Source: an uncultured bacterium
GTDB taxonomy: Bacteria > Babelota > Babeliae > Babelales > Babelaceae
DNA: 64,000 nucleotides
Direction: 5' to 3'
Assembly (NCBI GenBank): GCA_963722385.1
Contig: CAVRKK010000002.1
Coordinates: 288,001-352,000 of the forward strand
Below are positions 9,940 to 19,884 of this stretch, piece after piece (positions within the stretch are counted from its first letter, which is position 1; the number at the start of each line of letters is the position of its first letter). Both the position numbers and the translations under genes were made by a program. Below the pieces are notes generated by a model. The model was not told the DNA's origin and ran no database searches. It worked only from the letters and a program-made list of their open reading frames with translations.

Positions 9940-11173
9940 GTGAAAATATATATTGCTTTTTTGCTCGTTGCCAATGCCGCATTTTTGGCACACGGCATGG
10001 AGCAGCCAACCAAGCGAGATTGTGAAGAAAAAAAGAGCTAGAAGGCCAGCCTCCTTTAAAAAAGCCAAAGCTATTAAGCAAAGAAGAGCAAGAAAAATTA
10101 AATAAAGAGTTTATCGATGCTCTAGAGCAAAAAGATATAGCGGCAATGGAATTAGCTTTTAGCCAAGGTGCAAATATCAATGGCGATCCTTTAATGCATG
10201 CCGCAGAAAACGGCGATCTAGATATTATTAAATGGCTTATCGAACATGGAGTACAATATAATATTCGCTGCTGGGGAGGATTCGACCCCGTAATAGCAGC
10301 AGCCAACGGAGAAAGACTTGACATTGTTGAGTGGTTTTTCCAACATTGTACGCAGTTTAATCTCAATCTCCCTGTTGGTAGCCCGCCAAAATTAAGGTGG
10401 TACTCTCTTTTAGTTTCGGTCTGCGTAGAACTAAAAGATGAACCACTCATAAGTGCTGTGCTGCAAGGCCAGAGTGAGGTGGTAAAAAGTTATCTCCAAG
10501 AAAACTTAGAAGAAGAAGAATTTGTTAACGCTTTTTTCTTGAGGAAGAGGAAGCAAAAGTGCCTCGGTTCGTAGACCCAAGCGAGCTCAGGCGTGCCTTT
10601 GTGCTTATGGTTGCTTTTAACCAAACGGACTTGGTTGCATTTACCCTAGAGCACAAGAGCCACTTAATTGATTCTGCAACGTTACAAAGTTCCCTCGAGA
10701 GCGCAGCTGCTACCAACAATTTGCAGCTATTCATCAAGCTCTATGATCTGATCAGAGAGAGAATGGATGCTCACCAGATAAGCAAGCAAGAATTTACCGA
10801 GATGCTCGAAAAAGCATTATATTGGGCAGCGGTCAGAAAAAATGAAGCGATCGTTTACTTCATTCTTGAACGAGCCTTTATTTTCGGCTATGCAAGCGAG
10901 TTACCTCTAGCAAGAGTGGGACGGCAAGTATTTCGTATCCTTACTCTTAATAACAGCCTAATGACCTATGAATATGAACATGAAGCTGCTTCGTTTGAAC
11001 GAATTTATGAGAGTCTCGCTACCGTTCTGCGTATGCGGTGCGCAGGTGGGCGACAGGGTATGCATGCCTTCCTAGAAATGCTTGAAAGCTTGACACCTCA
11101 ACTACCTCTCGAAATTCTTGTGTTTATACTGAGCTTGGTACTGCACCAGCATACCACTGTCTATTCAGGTTAA
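9940..11173 (+). pseudogene. Secreted ankyrin-repeat protein split by two homopolymer frameshifts
   Basis: GTG 9940 gives signal peptide MKIYIAFLLVANAAFLAHGMEQ; +1 nt at A7 (10028-10034) joins ORF 10146-10574 (PLMHAAENGDLDIIKWLIEHG); +1 nt at T6 (10532-10537) joins ORF 10559-11173. Confidence 0.75.
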
Positions 11174-11318
11174 TTTTTGAACTTCTTCCGATAAAACTTT
11201 ACAAAGACCGGTAGCTAGGCTTTTTCTAGCATTTATAATCCAAACAAAAGCTGCTCAAAGAGAGTTTGGGCGAAAAGAGTTAGATTTTAATTGGCCATTT
11301 CTCTTTTCACGAGGAAAT

Positions 11319-11387
11319 CAGCGTGCATTACTGCGCGAGCGCCAGCTTGAGGGAATCACCGCTGCCAAAAAACGTGGCGCTTACAAA
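11319..11387 (+). pseudogene. Serine recombinase (resolvase) remnant
   Basis: Translates QRALLRERQLEGITAAKKRGAYK, matching resolvase helix E consensus ERALIRERQREGIA.AK.RG.YKGR. Confidence 0.7.
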
Positions 11388-11628
11388 GAAGATTATATCG
11401 GCCACCTAGACAACACAGATGCAACAAAAGAAGTACAAGCGTTGGGCAATGAAATTAAAAGGATACTCAATGAGCAAGAATAAAATTAAGCGCATTATGA
11501 ACTCAATTGGCGAAACGCAAAATATAATTGAAAAAGAAAACATCGATAAATTTTCAGCAGCACACACTTAACCATACATGAATTAAGAAAAATTTTTGAT
11601 CTTGTAATCAAAAAAATTATGCAGTGGT

Positions 11629-11877
11629 ATGACGATTCACAAATTTCTTTTGAAGATCCGCGCTACATTAAGATTCCCCTCAAAGAAGAGTATCTGTATA
11701 TGGAATGTTTTCCTTCCTTTTACCATTGAATCGTTAGACGACTGTATAAAAGGTTGGAAAGAAATTTTAAGTGGTAATGCTACGCCATCTGCGCTTGATA
11801 TTGAAAGACTTGGCAGTATATTAACGGCTTTGGGACAAGAAAGAGATAGGATTTTAGAAGAATACTTAGCTCATTAA
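11629..11877 (+). CDS. Hypothetical protein, possibly the 3' fragment of a decayed gene
   Basis: 82-aa ORF in a degraded AT-rich region; no motif recognised. Confidence 0.25.
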   Translation: MTIHKFLLKIRATLRFPSKKSICIWNVFLPFTIESLDDCIKGWKEILSGNATPSALDIERLGSILTALGQERDRILEEYLAH

Positions 11878-11920
11878 GCTTTATTGGCACATTGGCAAGG
11901 ATATACTGCTTAAGCTGTAA
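11870..11920 (+). pseudogene. DUF1016/YhcG N-terminal remnant
   Basis: Translates LIKLYWHIGKDILLKL, matching the LxxLYWxIGxxI motif; degenerate FLEQ-like sequence follows. Confidence 0.5.
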
Positions 11921-12095
11921 CGTGCTAAAAGTTCCGAAGCATGAAGTGACCCTTTTCTCGAACAAAGTAGCCGGTTGTATTTTTCTTTTGCTTGTATAAG
12001 CTTGCATATGGTTAAGGTAAAAATGTAGAACCGGGCTCCAAAAATAGCCATCGCGGTTGAAGATTAAATTAAATCTATTAATGAGGAAGATCTTT

Positions 12096-14363
12096 ATGAA
12101 AATTACTGTATTGCTGAGCGCCGCAGTCTTATTTTTTGCGGTAAATCTGAAATCTAATGCTATTTGTTCTTTGTCACCTGGAACCAATTACGCTCTTCCT
12201 TCCGGTTCTGGAGGATCCCAGTCAGTAGCTTTTTCGCCCAATGGCTTGTACTTGGCTACTGCTAATGAAGGCTCGAATGATGTTACAACATTTAGCGTAG
12301 GAGCAGGAGGTGTGCTCAGTGGAGGTACTTCGTATGCTCTTCCTGCTGATTCAACACCTCTCTCAGTAGCCTTTTCGCCCAATGGTTTATACCTGGCTAC
12401 TGCTAATAAAGGCTTGAGCGATGTTACCATATTTAGCGTCGGAGCGGGAGGGATACTTAGTGGAGGTACTTCATATGCTGTCCCTAACTATCCCACTTCG
12501 GTAGCCTTTTCGCCTAATAGTTCGTATCTTGCTGTTACTAGTGCTACTGGAGGTGCGAATCAAGTAACTATGTTTAGCGTAGGGGTAGGAGGAGTGTTAA
12601 GTGGAGGCACTTCATACTTTCTTCCTTCTGGTTCTACTGAGCCTGTATCAGTAGCATTTTCACCAAATGGCGTATACCTGACTACCGCTAATTATGGTTC
12701 AGATGATGTAACAGTATTTAGCGTAGGAGTTGGAGGAGTGTTAAGTGGAGGAACATCATACTTTCTTCCTTCTGGCTCTCTAGCACCCAATGCAGGGGCA
12801 TTTTCTTCGAATGGTTCATATTTTGCTACCGCTAATCTAACGACGGCTAATGTCACTATATTTAGTGTAGGGGCAGGAGGAGTACTCAGTGGCGGCATTT
12901 CATATCCTTTGCCTTCAGGTTCTTTTGCTCCCTACTCAATAGTGTTTTCGCCTAATGGCGCATACCTTGTTACCAGCAACGGTGATCCAAATAATGATGT
13001 GACAGTATTTAGTGTAGGAACGGGAGGTATGCTTAGCGGAGGAACGTCATACAATCTTCCTGCCGGTACTTCAGGAGGCTTCTCAGAAGCATTTTCACCT
13101 AATGGTTCATATCTGGCCATCGCTAATGCAGGTTCGAACAATGTAACTATCCTGATACTTGATTGTTCGAGCCAAGCTGTTTCCTATCCTTTACCTCCTG
13201 GCTCTACCCAGCCTGACTCAATAGCATTTGCATCTGACGATAAGCATTTTGCCACAGCCAACTACAACTCAAGCGATGTAACCTTGTTTACCACGAATGG
13301 TACTTCTTTGGTGTCAGAAATATCCTATAAACTACCTTTAAACTCAACCAATCCATCTTCTATTGCTTTTTCAACTAATAATTCCTATGTTGCAACTGCC
13401 AATAGCAATTCGCAAGATGTAACACTTTTTGCCTTAGTAAATGACGCACTCGTGGCAGGTACTTCATATACCTTACCTGCAGGATCGACAAAACCAGCTT
13501 CAGTAAAATTCTCACCTAACGATTTTTATCTTGCGGTGGCTAACAGTGAATCAAACGATGTGACTGTATTTAACGTAGTAGGAGGATCTTTACAAAGTGC
13601 CCTTTCGTATCCATTACCTGCAGGCTCTTTATATCCCGTCAGTCTTTCTTTTTCTCCAGAAGGGATCTATCTAGCAACAGCAAATGCACACTCAAGCGAT
13701 GTAACACTCTTTAAGGTAACAGCTGGCGATTTAAGCAATGCTCTTTCATATGCTCTTCCGGCCGGGTCTCTAGAGCCTCAGTCAATTACCTTTTTTGCTA
13801 ACAATAACAACCTCTATTTAGCAACTGCTAATAGTGCATCAAATGATGCAACAATTTTTATGCTGCACAATGACACTCTTGCTGATGGACGTTCTTACTT
13901 ACTGCCACAAAGTACGCTGAATCCCCAATCTATTGCTTCTTCATTCAATGGTAATTATCTTGCTGTAGCTAATAGCAATTCGAGCAGTGTTACTTTTTTT
14001 AATGCTACGGGGGGAACTCTCCAGCAAGCAACAACCTATTCACTTCCTTCTAACTCAACTTACTGTGTCAGTATCACCTTTTCGCCACGTGGCACCTATA
14101 CACTCACAGCTAACCTCTATTCGAATGATGTATCACTTATACCAGTATTGCTCGGAAGCTCACAGGGCGATGGTGATGGATCAAGTAGTAGCTTACCTCT
14201 CGGGGTAATTATAGGCACAACGGTAGGGATTCCCTTGGGTTTTACTGCTTTAACAGCAGCTACGGTAGGTGCAGTCCTGTTATTTTATAAGTACTGCCAG
14301 TACCAGCGTCGTGCTACAAGTGTTAATTTTGATAATAAGCCATCAGTGGTAGAGGATTTCTAA
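12096..14363 (+). CDS. Secreted, C-terminally membrane-anchored double 7-bladed beta-propeller protein (lactonase/YVTN-like repeats), paralog 1
   Basis: Signal peptide; 14 repeats of ~47 aa (Y.LP.GS..P.SVAFSP.G.YLATAN..S.DVT.F); C-terminal hydrophobic helix then basic residues; GAGGA before ATG 12096. Confidence 0.85.
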   Translation: MKITVLLSAAVLFFAVNLKSNAICSLSPGTNYALPSGSGGSQSVAFSPNGLYLATANEGSNDVTTFSVGAGGVLSGGTSYALPADSTPLSVAFSPNGLYLATANKGLSDVTIFSVGAGGILSGGTSYAVPNYPTSVAFSPNSSYLAVTSATGGANQVTMFSVGVGGVLSGGTSYFLPSGSTEPVSVAFSPNGVYLTTANYGSDDVTVFSVGVGGVLSGGTSYFLPSGSLAPNAGAFSSNGSYFATANLTTANVTIFSVGAGGVLSGGISYPLPSGSFAPYSIVFSPNGAYLVTSNGDPNNDVTVFSVGTGGMLSGGTSYNLPAGTSGGFSEAFSPNGSYLAIANAGSNNVTILILDCSSQAVSYPLPPGSTQPDSIAFASDDKHFATANYNSSDVTLFTTNGTSLVSEISYKLPLNSTNPSSIAFSTNNSYVATANSNSQDVTLFALVNDALVAGTSYTLPAGSTKPASVKFSPNDFYLAVANSESNDVTVFNVVGGSLQSALSYPLPAGSLYPVSLSFSPEGIYLATANAHSSDVTLFKVTAGDLSNALSYALPAGSLEPQSITFFANNNNLYLATANSASNDATIFMLHNDTLADGRSYLLPQSTLNPQSIASSFNGNYLAVANSNSSSVTFFNATGGTLQQATTYSLPSNSTYCVSITFSPRGTYTLTANLYSNDVSLIPVLLGSSQGDGDGSSSSLPLGVIIGTTVGIPLGFTALTAATVGAVLLFYKYCQYQRRATSVNFDNKPSVVEDF

Positions 14364-14432
14364 AACCCTGCTAAGATTCCATTGAAAAAAAGGTGAACCA
14401 CTGACGCTTCAGCCGCTAACCTATCTTTTTCT

Positions 14433-14552
14433 TTACTTGAAAGAGAGCTAGTAAGCTGCGGTTGGTTTTTCTCTCGCCATGGAAAAGGCCATGATATTTG
14501 GACCAATGGAAATATGATCGAGCAAATTCCAAGACATAACGAAATAAGATAA
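14433..14552 (+). pseudogene. hicA: HicA-family toxin remnant (no start codon, truncated, no hicB seen)
   Basis: Translates LLERELVSCGWFFSRHGKGHDIWTNGNMIEQIPRHNEIR*, matching HicA GW...RHG..HDIW.N......IPRH.EI. Confidence 0.75.
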
Positions 14553-14759
14553 TTATGAAAGACTACGTAAGGCAGCAAACCCATCTGATGAAAGTATTGT
14601 TCGCATTTGGTAATTGGCTGCTTAACATACTTTAAGATGCGCCTTGTGCTACGAAACTTGCGGATGTGAACCTCAAGCAGAAAGTAGATTGCAAATATTT
14701 GAAATGTCCTTTATGCTCCTAACTAACTTAAAAATTTACAAAATAAGGAGTCTGATAGC

Positions 14760-17045
14760 ATGTTATTCCATAGAGGCCATTTTTACGCTCTCCTGCTCTC
14801 CGTTATTCTTACTATTTTAACGAGCATGCATGCCAATACAGTAACTTTATCAGGAGCGACATCGTATGGGTTACCAAGTGGCTCTAGCACGCCTTATTCA
14901 GTAGCGTTTTCACCTAACGGTTCCTATCTTGCTGTTGCTAATGACGGCTCAGCTAGTGTAACGATATTTCAAGTAGGAGCAGGAATTTTATCAGATGGTA
15001 TATCTTCTGCGTTGCCTTCCGGTTCCACAAATCCTTCTTCGGTAGCATTCTCGCCTGATGGCTCATATCTTGCTACGGCTAATTTTAACTCAAATGATGT
15101 AACGATATTTCAAGTACAAGCGGGAGGGGCATTATCAGGAGCAACAAGCTATGCATTGCCAAGCGGTTCTATGTTCCCTCTATCGGTAGCATTTTCACCT
15201 AATGGTTCATATCTTGCTACTGCTAATGACGGTTCAAATAATGTAACGATATTTCAAGTAGGGGCAGGAGGAGTGCTATCAGGAGCAACTTCGTACACAG
15301 TATCAGGCGGTTCTTATTCAGTGGCATTTTCACCTGATGGGTCTTATCTTGCTGTCGCTAATCAAAGTTCTAATGATGTAACAATGTTTACTGTGGGGGC
15401 AGGAGGGGTCTTAAGCGGTGGCACAGCGTATGCTTTACCAGCTGGTTCTGGTGGTCCTGCCGGAGTAGCATTTTCACCAAACAGCTCATATCTTGCTACT
15501 GCTAATGAAAATTCATCTGATGTAACACTATTTCAAGTAGGAACGGGAGGAGTGTTATCGGGAGCAGTTTCTTATTCATTACCAAGTGGTTCTCTCGCAC
15601 CTGTATCAGTAGCCTTTTCACCTGATGGTACCTGCCTTGCTACTGCTAATGGTTCAGATGTAACGATATTTCAGGTAGCGTCAGAAGGCGTACTCAGTGG
15701 AGCAGCATCATATGCATTACCAAGTGGTTCTAATGGTTCCTCTTCGGTAACATTCTCACTCAACAGATTATATCTTGCTACATCTAACCAAAATTCTAAT
15801 GATGTAACAATATTCCAAGTGGAACAAACCACGAGCATTTCATATCACTTACCACCTGGCTCTACCCAGCCTGACTCAATAGCATTTGCATCTGATGATA
15901 AGCATTTTGCCACAGCCAACTACAACTCAAGCGATGTAACTTTATTCACAGTGAATGGTACTTCTTTGGTGTCAGAAATATCCTATAAATTACCTTCAGG
16001 ATCAATTAATCCATCTTCTATTGCTTTTTCATCTAATAATTCCTATGTTGCAACTACCAATAGCAATTCGCAAGATGTAACACTCTTCGCTTTAGTAAAT
16101 GACGCACTGGTAGCAGGTACTTCATATACCTTACCTGCAGGATCAACAAAACCAGCTTCAGTAGAATTCTCACCTAACGATTTTTATCTTGGAGTAGCTA
16201 ACAGCGCCTCAAACGATGTAACTGTATTTAAAGTAGTAGAAGGATCTTTACAAAGTGCTCTTTCTTATCCGTTACCTGCAGGCTCTTTACATCCTGTAAG
16301 TCTTTCTTTTTCTCCAGAAGGGATATATCTAGCAACAGCAAATGCCCATTCAAGCGATGTAACACTCTTCAAAGTAGTAGCAGGCAACTTAAGCAACGCT
16401 CTTTCATACGCTCTTCCAGCTGAGTCTCTCGAGCCTCAGTCAATTACTTTTTTTGCTAACAATAACAACCTTTTTCTTGCAACGTGTAATAGTGCATCAA
16501 ATGATGTAACAATCTTTACCGTGCACAACGATACTCTTGCTGATGGTCGTTCTTACTTATTACCACAAAATACGACAATGAATCCCCAATCTATTGCTTC
16601 TTCATTAAATGGCAACTATCTCGCTGTAGCTAATAGCAATTCAAGCAGCATTACTTTCTTTAATGCTACGGAAGGTACACTACAGCAACCAGCAACATAT
16701 TCGCTTCCCCCTAACTCAAGCTACTGTGTTAGTATCACCTTTTCGACAAGCGGTACCTATACGCTAACAGCTAACCTCTATTCAAATGATGTATCACTTA
16801 TACCAGTATTGCTTGGAAGCTCACAGGGCGATGGCGATGGATCAAGCGGTACAAGCGAAGATTCGGGTAGTCTACCTCTAGGGCTAATTATAGGCACTAC
16901 AGTAGGGATTCCTGTAGGGCTTACTGCTTTAACAGCAGCTACAGTAGGTACAATTTTGTTATTCTATAAGTATCGCCAGTACCACCACCGCGCTACCACC
17001 GCAAGCGTCAATTTTGATAAGCCATCAGTGGTCGAGGATCTCTAA
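14760..17045 (+). CDS. Secreted, C-terminally membrane-anchored double beta-propeller protein, paralog 2
   Basis: AAGGAG RBS; signal peptide; 14 repeats; second propeller, TM helix and tail nearly identical to 12096-14363. Confidence 0.85.
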   Translation: MLFHRGHFYALLLSVILTILTSMHANTVTLSGATSYGLPSGSSTPYSVAFSPNGSYLAVANDGSASVTIFQVGAGILSDGISSALPSGSTNPSSVAFSPDGSYLATANFNSNDVTIFQVQAGGALSGATSYALPSGSMFPLSVAFSPNGSYLATANDGSNNVTIFQVGAGGVLSGATSYTVSGGSYSVAFSPDGSYLAVANQSSNDVTMFTVGAGGVLSGGTAYALPAGSGGPAGVAFSPNSSYLATANENSSDVTLFQVGTGGVLSGAVSYSLPSGSLAPVSVAFSPDGTCLATANGSDVTIFQVASEGVLSGAASYALPSGSNGSSSVTFSLNRLYLATSNQNSNDVTIFQVEQTTSISYHLPPGSTQPDSIAFASDDKHFATANYNSSDVTLFTVNGTSLVSEISYKLPSGSINPSSIAFSSNNSYVATTNSNSQDVTLFALVNDALVAGTSYTLPAGSTKPASVEFSPNDFYLGVANSASNDVTVFKVVEGSLQSALSYPLPAGSLHPVSLSFSPEGIYLATANAHSSDVTLFKVVAGNLSNALSYALPAESLEPQSITFFANNNNLFLATCNSASNDVTIFTVHNDTLADGRSYLLPQNTTMNPQSIASSLNGNYLAVANSNSSSITFFNATEGTLQQPATYSLPPNSSYCVSITFSTSGTYTLTANLYSNDVSLIPVLLGSSQGDGDGSSGTSEDSGSLPLGLIIGTTVGIPVGLTALTAATVGTILLFYKYRQYHHRATTASVNFDKPSVVEDL

Positions 17046-17264
17046 AACCACTAAGATTTCATTGAAATAAGAAAATCAACAAGGCCAAGGTATCGATTAA
17101 GGATCGATTTAGGCGCACGATAAATTTTTTAGCACTTACATATATAACCATTGCCCTCTTAAACAAAATCAAATCTAGCTGTTTAGCTTTTTTGGTAATT
17201 TCTGATATACTAAAGATATCGATTACAAGGTCCTACACCTATTTTCAGCAGGGCAGCATACAAG

Positions 17265-19091
17265 ATGAAAGAAACTGGTTCCGCCGCCTTTGACGTTATT
17301 GTCGTAGGTGGAGGGCACGCTGGCATTGAAGCGGCGTATGCCGCAGCACGTCTGGGTTCACGCACCCTGATGATCACCCTTAATATTGACCGCATTGGCC
17401 ACATGCCATGCAACCCAGCTATTGGCGGGATTGGCAAGGGCCACATCGTCTTTGAGATCAGTGCTCTGGGCGGCCTTATGCCCCAACTTGCCACCAAAAC
17501 CTATCTGCAGGCCCGCATGCTCAATACGCGTAAGGGTCCCGCCGTCCAAGGGCTTCGCCTTCAGATCGATAAGGCAGCATACAACAAACTAAGCCGCCAG
17601 ATGCTTGAAAAGACCAAAAACTTAACCATTACCATGGGCATGGTAAATGAAATCTTATTCGATGGCCAAGGGCATGTCGCTGGCATAAAAACGCGCGAAG
17701 GTGCACACTACTCCTGCCGCGCGCTCGTTTTGACAACCGGGACATTCTTAAACGGCCTCGTGCATGTGGGCCATACCAACTATACTGCCGGCCGCCAAGG
17801 CGAAGAAGCAGCAACATCGCTCCCTGCATTTTTACGCAGCCTCGCGCTTGAGATGGGTCGTCTTAAAACGGGAACACCCGCGCGCGTTTTGCGCTCTAGC
17901 CTCGATTTTACCAAAATGGAAGTTCAGGGCTCAGATGAGCTGGAGCAACTTTTCGAATTTTACCCCCACAAGGTAACTCCCGTTCTGCCCTGCTATATTA
18001 CCAATACAACAACCGAAACACATGATATTATCAAAAAAAATGCGGAGCTCTCCCCCATTTACACAGGCAAGATAAAAGGGACAGCACCACGGTATTGTCC
18101 CTCAATCGAGGACAAGATTGCACGCTTTCCAACCAAGACAAGCCATCACGTATTCGTTGAGCCTGAAAGCTTAAGCAGCGAGGAGATGTACCCTAATGGC
18201 CTATCGACCGCGCTCCCCTTGCCGGCACAAGAAGAATTCTTGCGTACGATCCCTGGCTTCGAAAACGTCGTTATCACTCGCCCGGGCTACGCTATAGAAT
18301 ACGACTTCATAGCACCCCATCAACTTACCTCTACCCTCGAGGTCAAAAAATTTCCCGGACTCTTTCTTGCTGGCCAAATCAATGGCACCACCGGCTATGA
18401 AGAAGCCGCCGGGCAAGGCATCATCGCCGGTATCAATGCCCATGGAGCAGCCAAAGGGCTTGACCCGTTTATTCTAGACCGTAACGAAAGTTATATCGGC
18501 ATCATGATCAACGACCTGGTAAGCTTTGGCATTGACGAGCCTTACCGCATGTTTACCTCGCGCGCAGAAAGGCGCTTGCTCCTGCGTCAGGACAATGCTT
18601 TTATGCGCTTAGGCGAGCGCGCTTATCAGTGGGGGCTTATCGAAAAGCAGCTTTATCAGGACATGCTCAAAGAAAAAGAGGCAGTCGGACAGATCACCAA
18701 AAAATTACAAGGGACCCAGGGAATTGCTCTGACGCGCCTTTTATCGCAAGGAGACAGCAAAACGGTCATAGACCTCATTGCACATGAAGCTGGCGGTGCG
18801 CTTACGCCGCGGGCGCTTACCTCAATTTACGCCGAGCTTCTCTACGAGCCCTACCTTAAGCGTGAAGCGCGTGAGATTGAAAAAAGTATCTATTACCAGC
18901 AACTCGAAGTTCCGTCCACGTTTTCTTATGCGAATATTCCCGGGCTATCGGTCGAGCTCCAGCAAAAGCTTACCAAGCACCGGCCGCATACGATTGCCGA
19001 AGCGGCACTTATCCCTGGCATGACACCTGCAGCAATCTCGCTCCTCATTTTCAAAGTCCGTACCGCTCAGGGAGAGTGCCATGATTGCTAG
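17265..19091 (+). CDS. mnmG: tRNA uridine-5-carboxymethylaminomethyl modification enzyme MnmG/GidA
   Basis: VVGGGHAGIEAA, MPCNPAIGGIGKG, RLKTGTP, PRYCPSIEDK, AGQINGTTGYEEAAGQG, EPYRMFTSRAE. Confidence 0.98.
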   Translation: MKETGSAAFDVIVVGGGHAGIEAAYAAARLGSRTLMITLNIDRIGHMPCNPAIGGIGKGHIVFEISALGGLMPQLATKTYLQARMLNTRKGPAVQGLRLQIDKAAYNKLSRQMLEKTKNLTITMGMVNEILFDGQGHVAGIKTREGAHYSCRALVLTTGTFLNGLVHVGHTNYTAGRQGEEAATSLPAFLRSLALEMGRLKTGTPARVLRSSLDFTKMEVQGSDELEQLFEFYPHKVTPVLPCYITNTTTETHDIIKKNAELSPIYTGKIKGTAPRYCPSIEDKIARFPTKTSHHVFVEPESLSSEEMYPNGLSTALPLPAQEEFLRTIPGFENVVITRPGYAIEYDFIAPHQLTSTLEVKKFPGLFLAGQINGTTGYEEAAGQGIIAGINAHGAAKGLDPFILDRNESYIGIMINDLVSFGIDEPYRMFTSRAERRLLLRQDNAFMRLGERAYQWGLIEKQLYQDMLKEKEAVGQITKKLQGTQGIALTRLLSQGDSKTVIDLIAHEAGGALTPRALTSIYAELLYEPYLKREAREIEKSIYYQQLEVPSTFSYANIPGLSVELQQKLTKHRPHTIAEAALIPGMTPAAISLLIFKVRTAQGECHDC

Positions 19092-19884
19092 CATACATCC
19101 TCTGTCAATCACCCTCTACGGTCCGTTCACGATTCAGGGATACGGTATCGCGCTTGTGTGCTCACTTGTCGTTACATCATGGCTCATGTTTCGTCACCTT
19201 AAGCGCGTAATACCTATAACATTTGACACGTTTAGCTCTATCATCTGTCAATCAATTCTGGTTGGCATCGTCGGTGGTCGCTTGCTGCATGTTATAACCG
19301 AGCGGCATCTCTATACCAACCTGATCGATGTGCTCGCGGTGTGGCACGGCGGCCTCTCTATACTTGGCGCCGTTCTTGCTGTTTGTGCGTATATCGTATA
19401 TGCCTTAAGACAAAGAGCAATTCCACTTTTCCCTGCTTTAGATATTGCCGCGCTTTACCTACCTCTTGCCCATGCTGGTGGCCGCCTTGGTTGCTTATGG
19501 GCGGGCTGTTGCTCTGGTTTACCAACCTCATGGCCATGGGCTATTATGTACCATGGTACCACCTCAGGAGCACCGGTTGGCATCTCCTTACACCCAACGC
19601 AGATCTATAGCACCTTATGCTTCTTAATCCTTTTTGCGTTATTATACTTTTTATATGCACGCACTACCGTTATTAAACGCCCAGGGACACTCATTCTTTT
19701 GTACCTGCTTGGCGGTGCGGCCGAACGGTTTTCCCTTGATTTTTTACGCGATGATCGTATCATGGGACCTGCTACGCTCTTGTCATTCCACCAATGGCTT
19801 GCCTTGGGCGTTGGTGTTGTTGCATGTATCTTGCTGGCATGCGTAGGCCGGGTAAGCAAGAGGGGGAGATCAAGCAGTGCATAA
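19081..19884 (+). CDS. lgt: Prolipoprotein diacylglyceryl transferase
   Basis: GGRLLHV, WHGGLSILG, GRLGC..AGCC.G, HPTQIY, ERF..DFLR. Confidence 0.92.
   Translation: MIASIHPLSITLYGPFTIQGYGIALVCSLVVTSWLMFRHLKRVIPITFDTFSSIICQSILVGIVGGRLLHVITERHLYTNLIDVLAVWHGGLSILGAVLAVCAYIVYALRQRAIPLFPALDIAALYLPLAHAGGRLGCLWAGCCSGLPTSWPWAIMYHGTTSGAPVGISLHPTQIYSTLCFLILFALLYFLYARTTVIKRPGTLILLYLLGGAAERFSLDFLRDDRIMGPATLLSFHQWLALGVGVVACILLACVGRVSKRGRSSSA

Noticed and set aside
9749..10450. 233-aa minus-strand ORF
   Set aside because: Shadow of the plus-strand ankyrin gene; no motif
12190..16800. ~140 bp periodic repeats considered as CRISPR or non-coding array
   Set aside because: They are in-frame coding repeats (propeller blades) with synonymous variation; no constant repeat/unique spacer pattern and no cas genes
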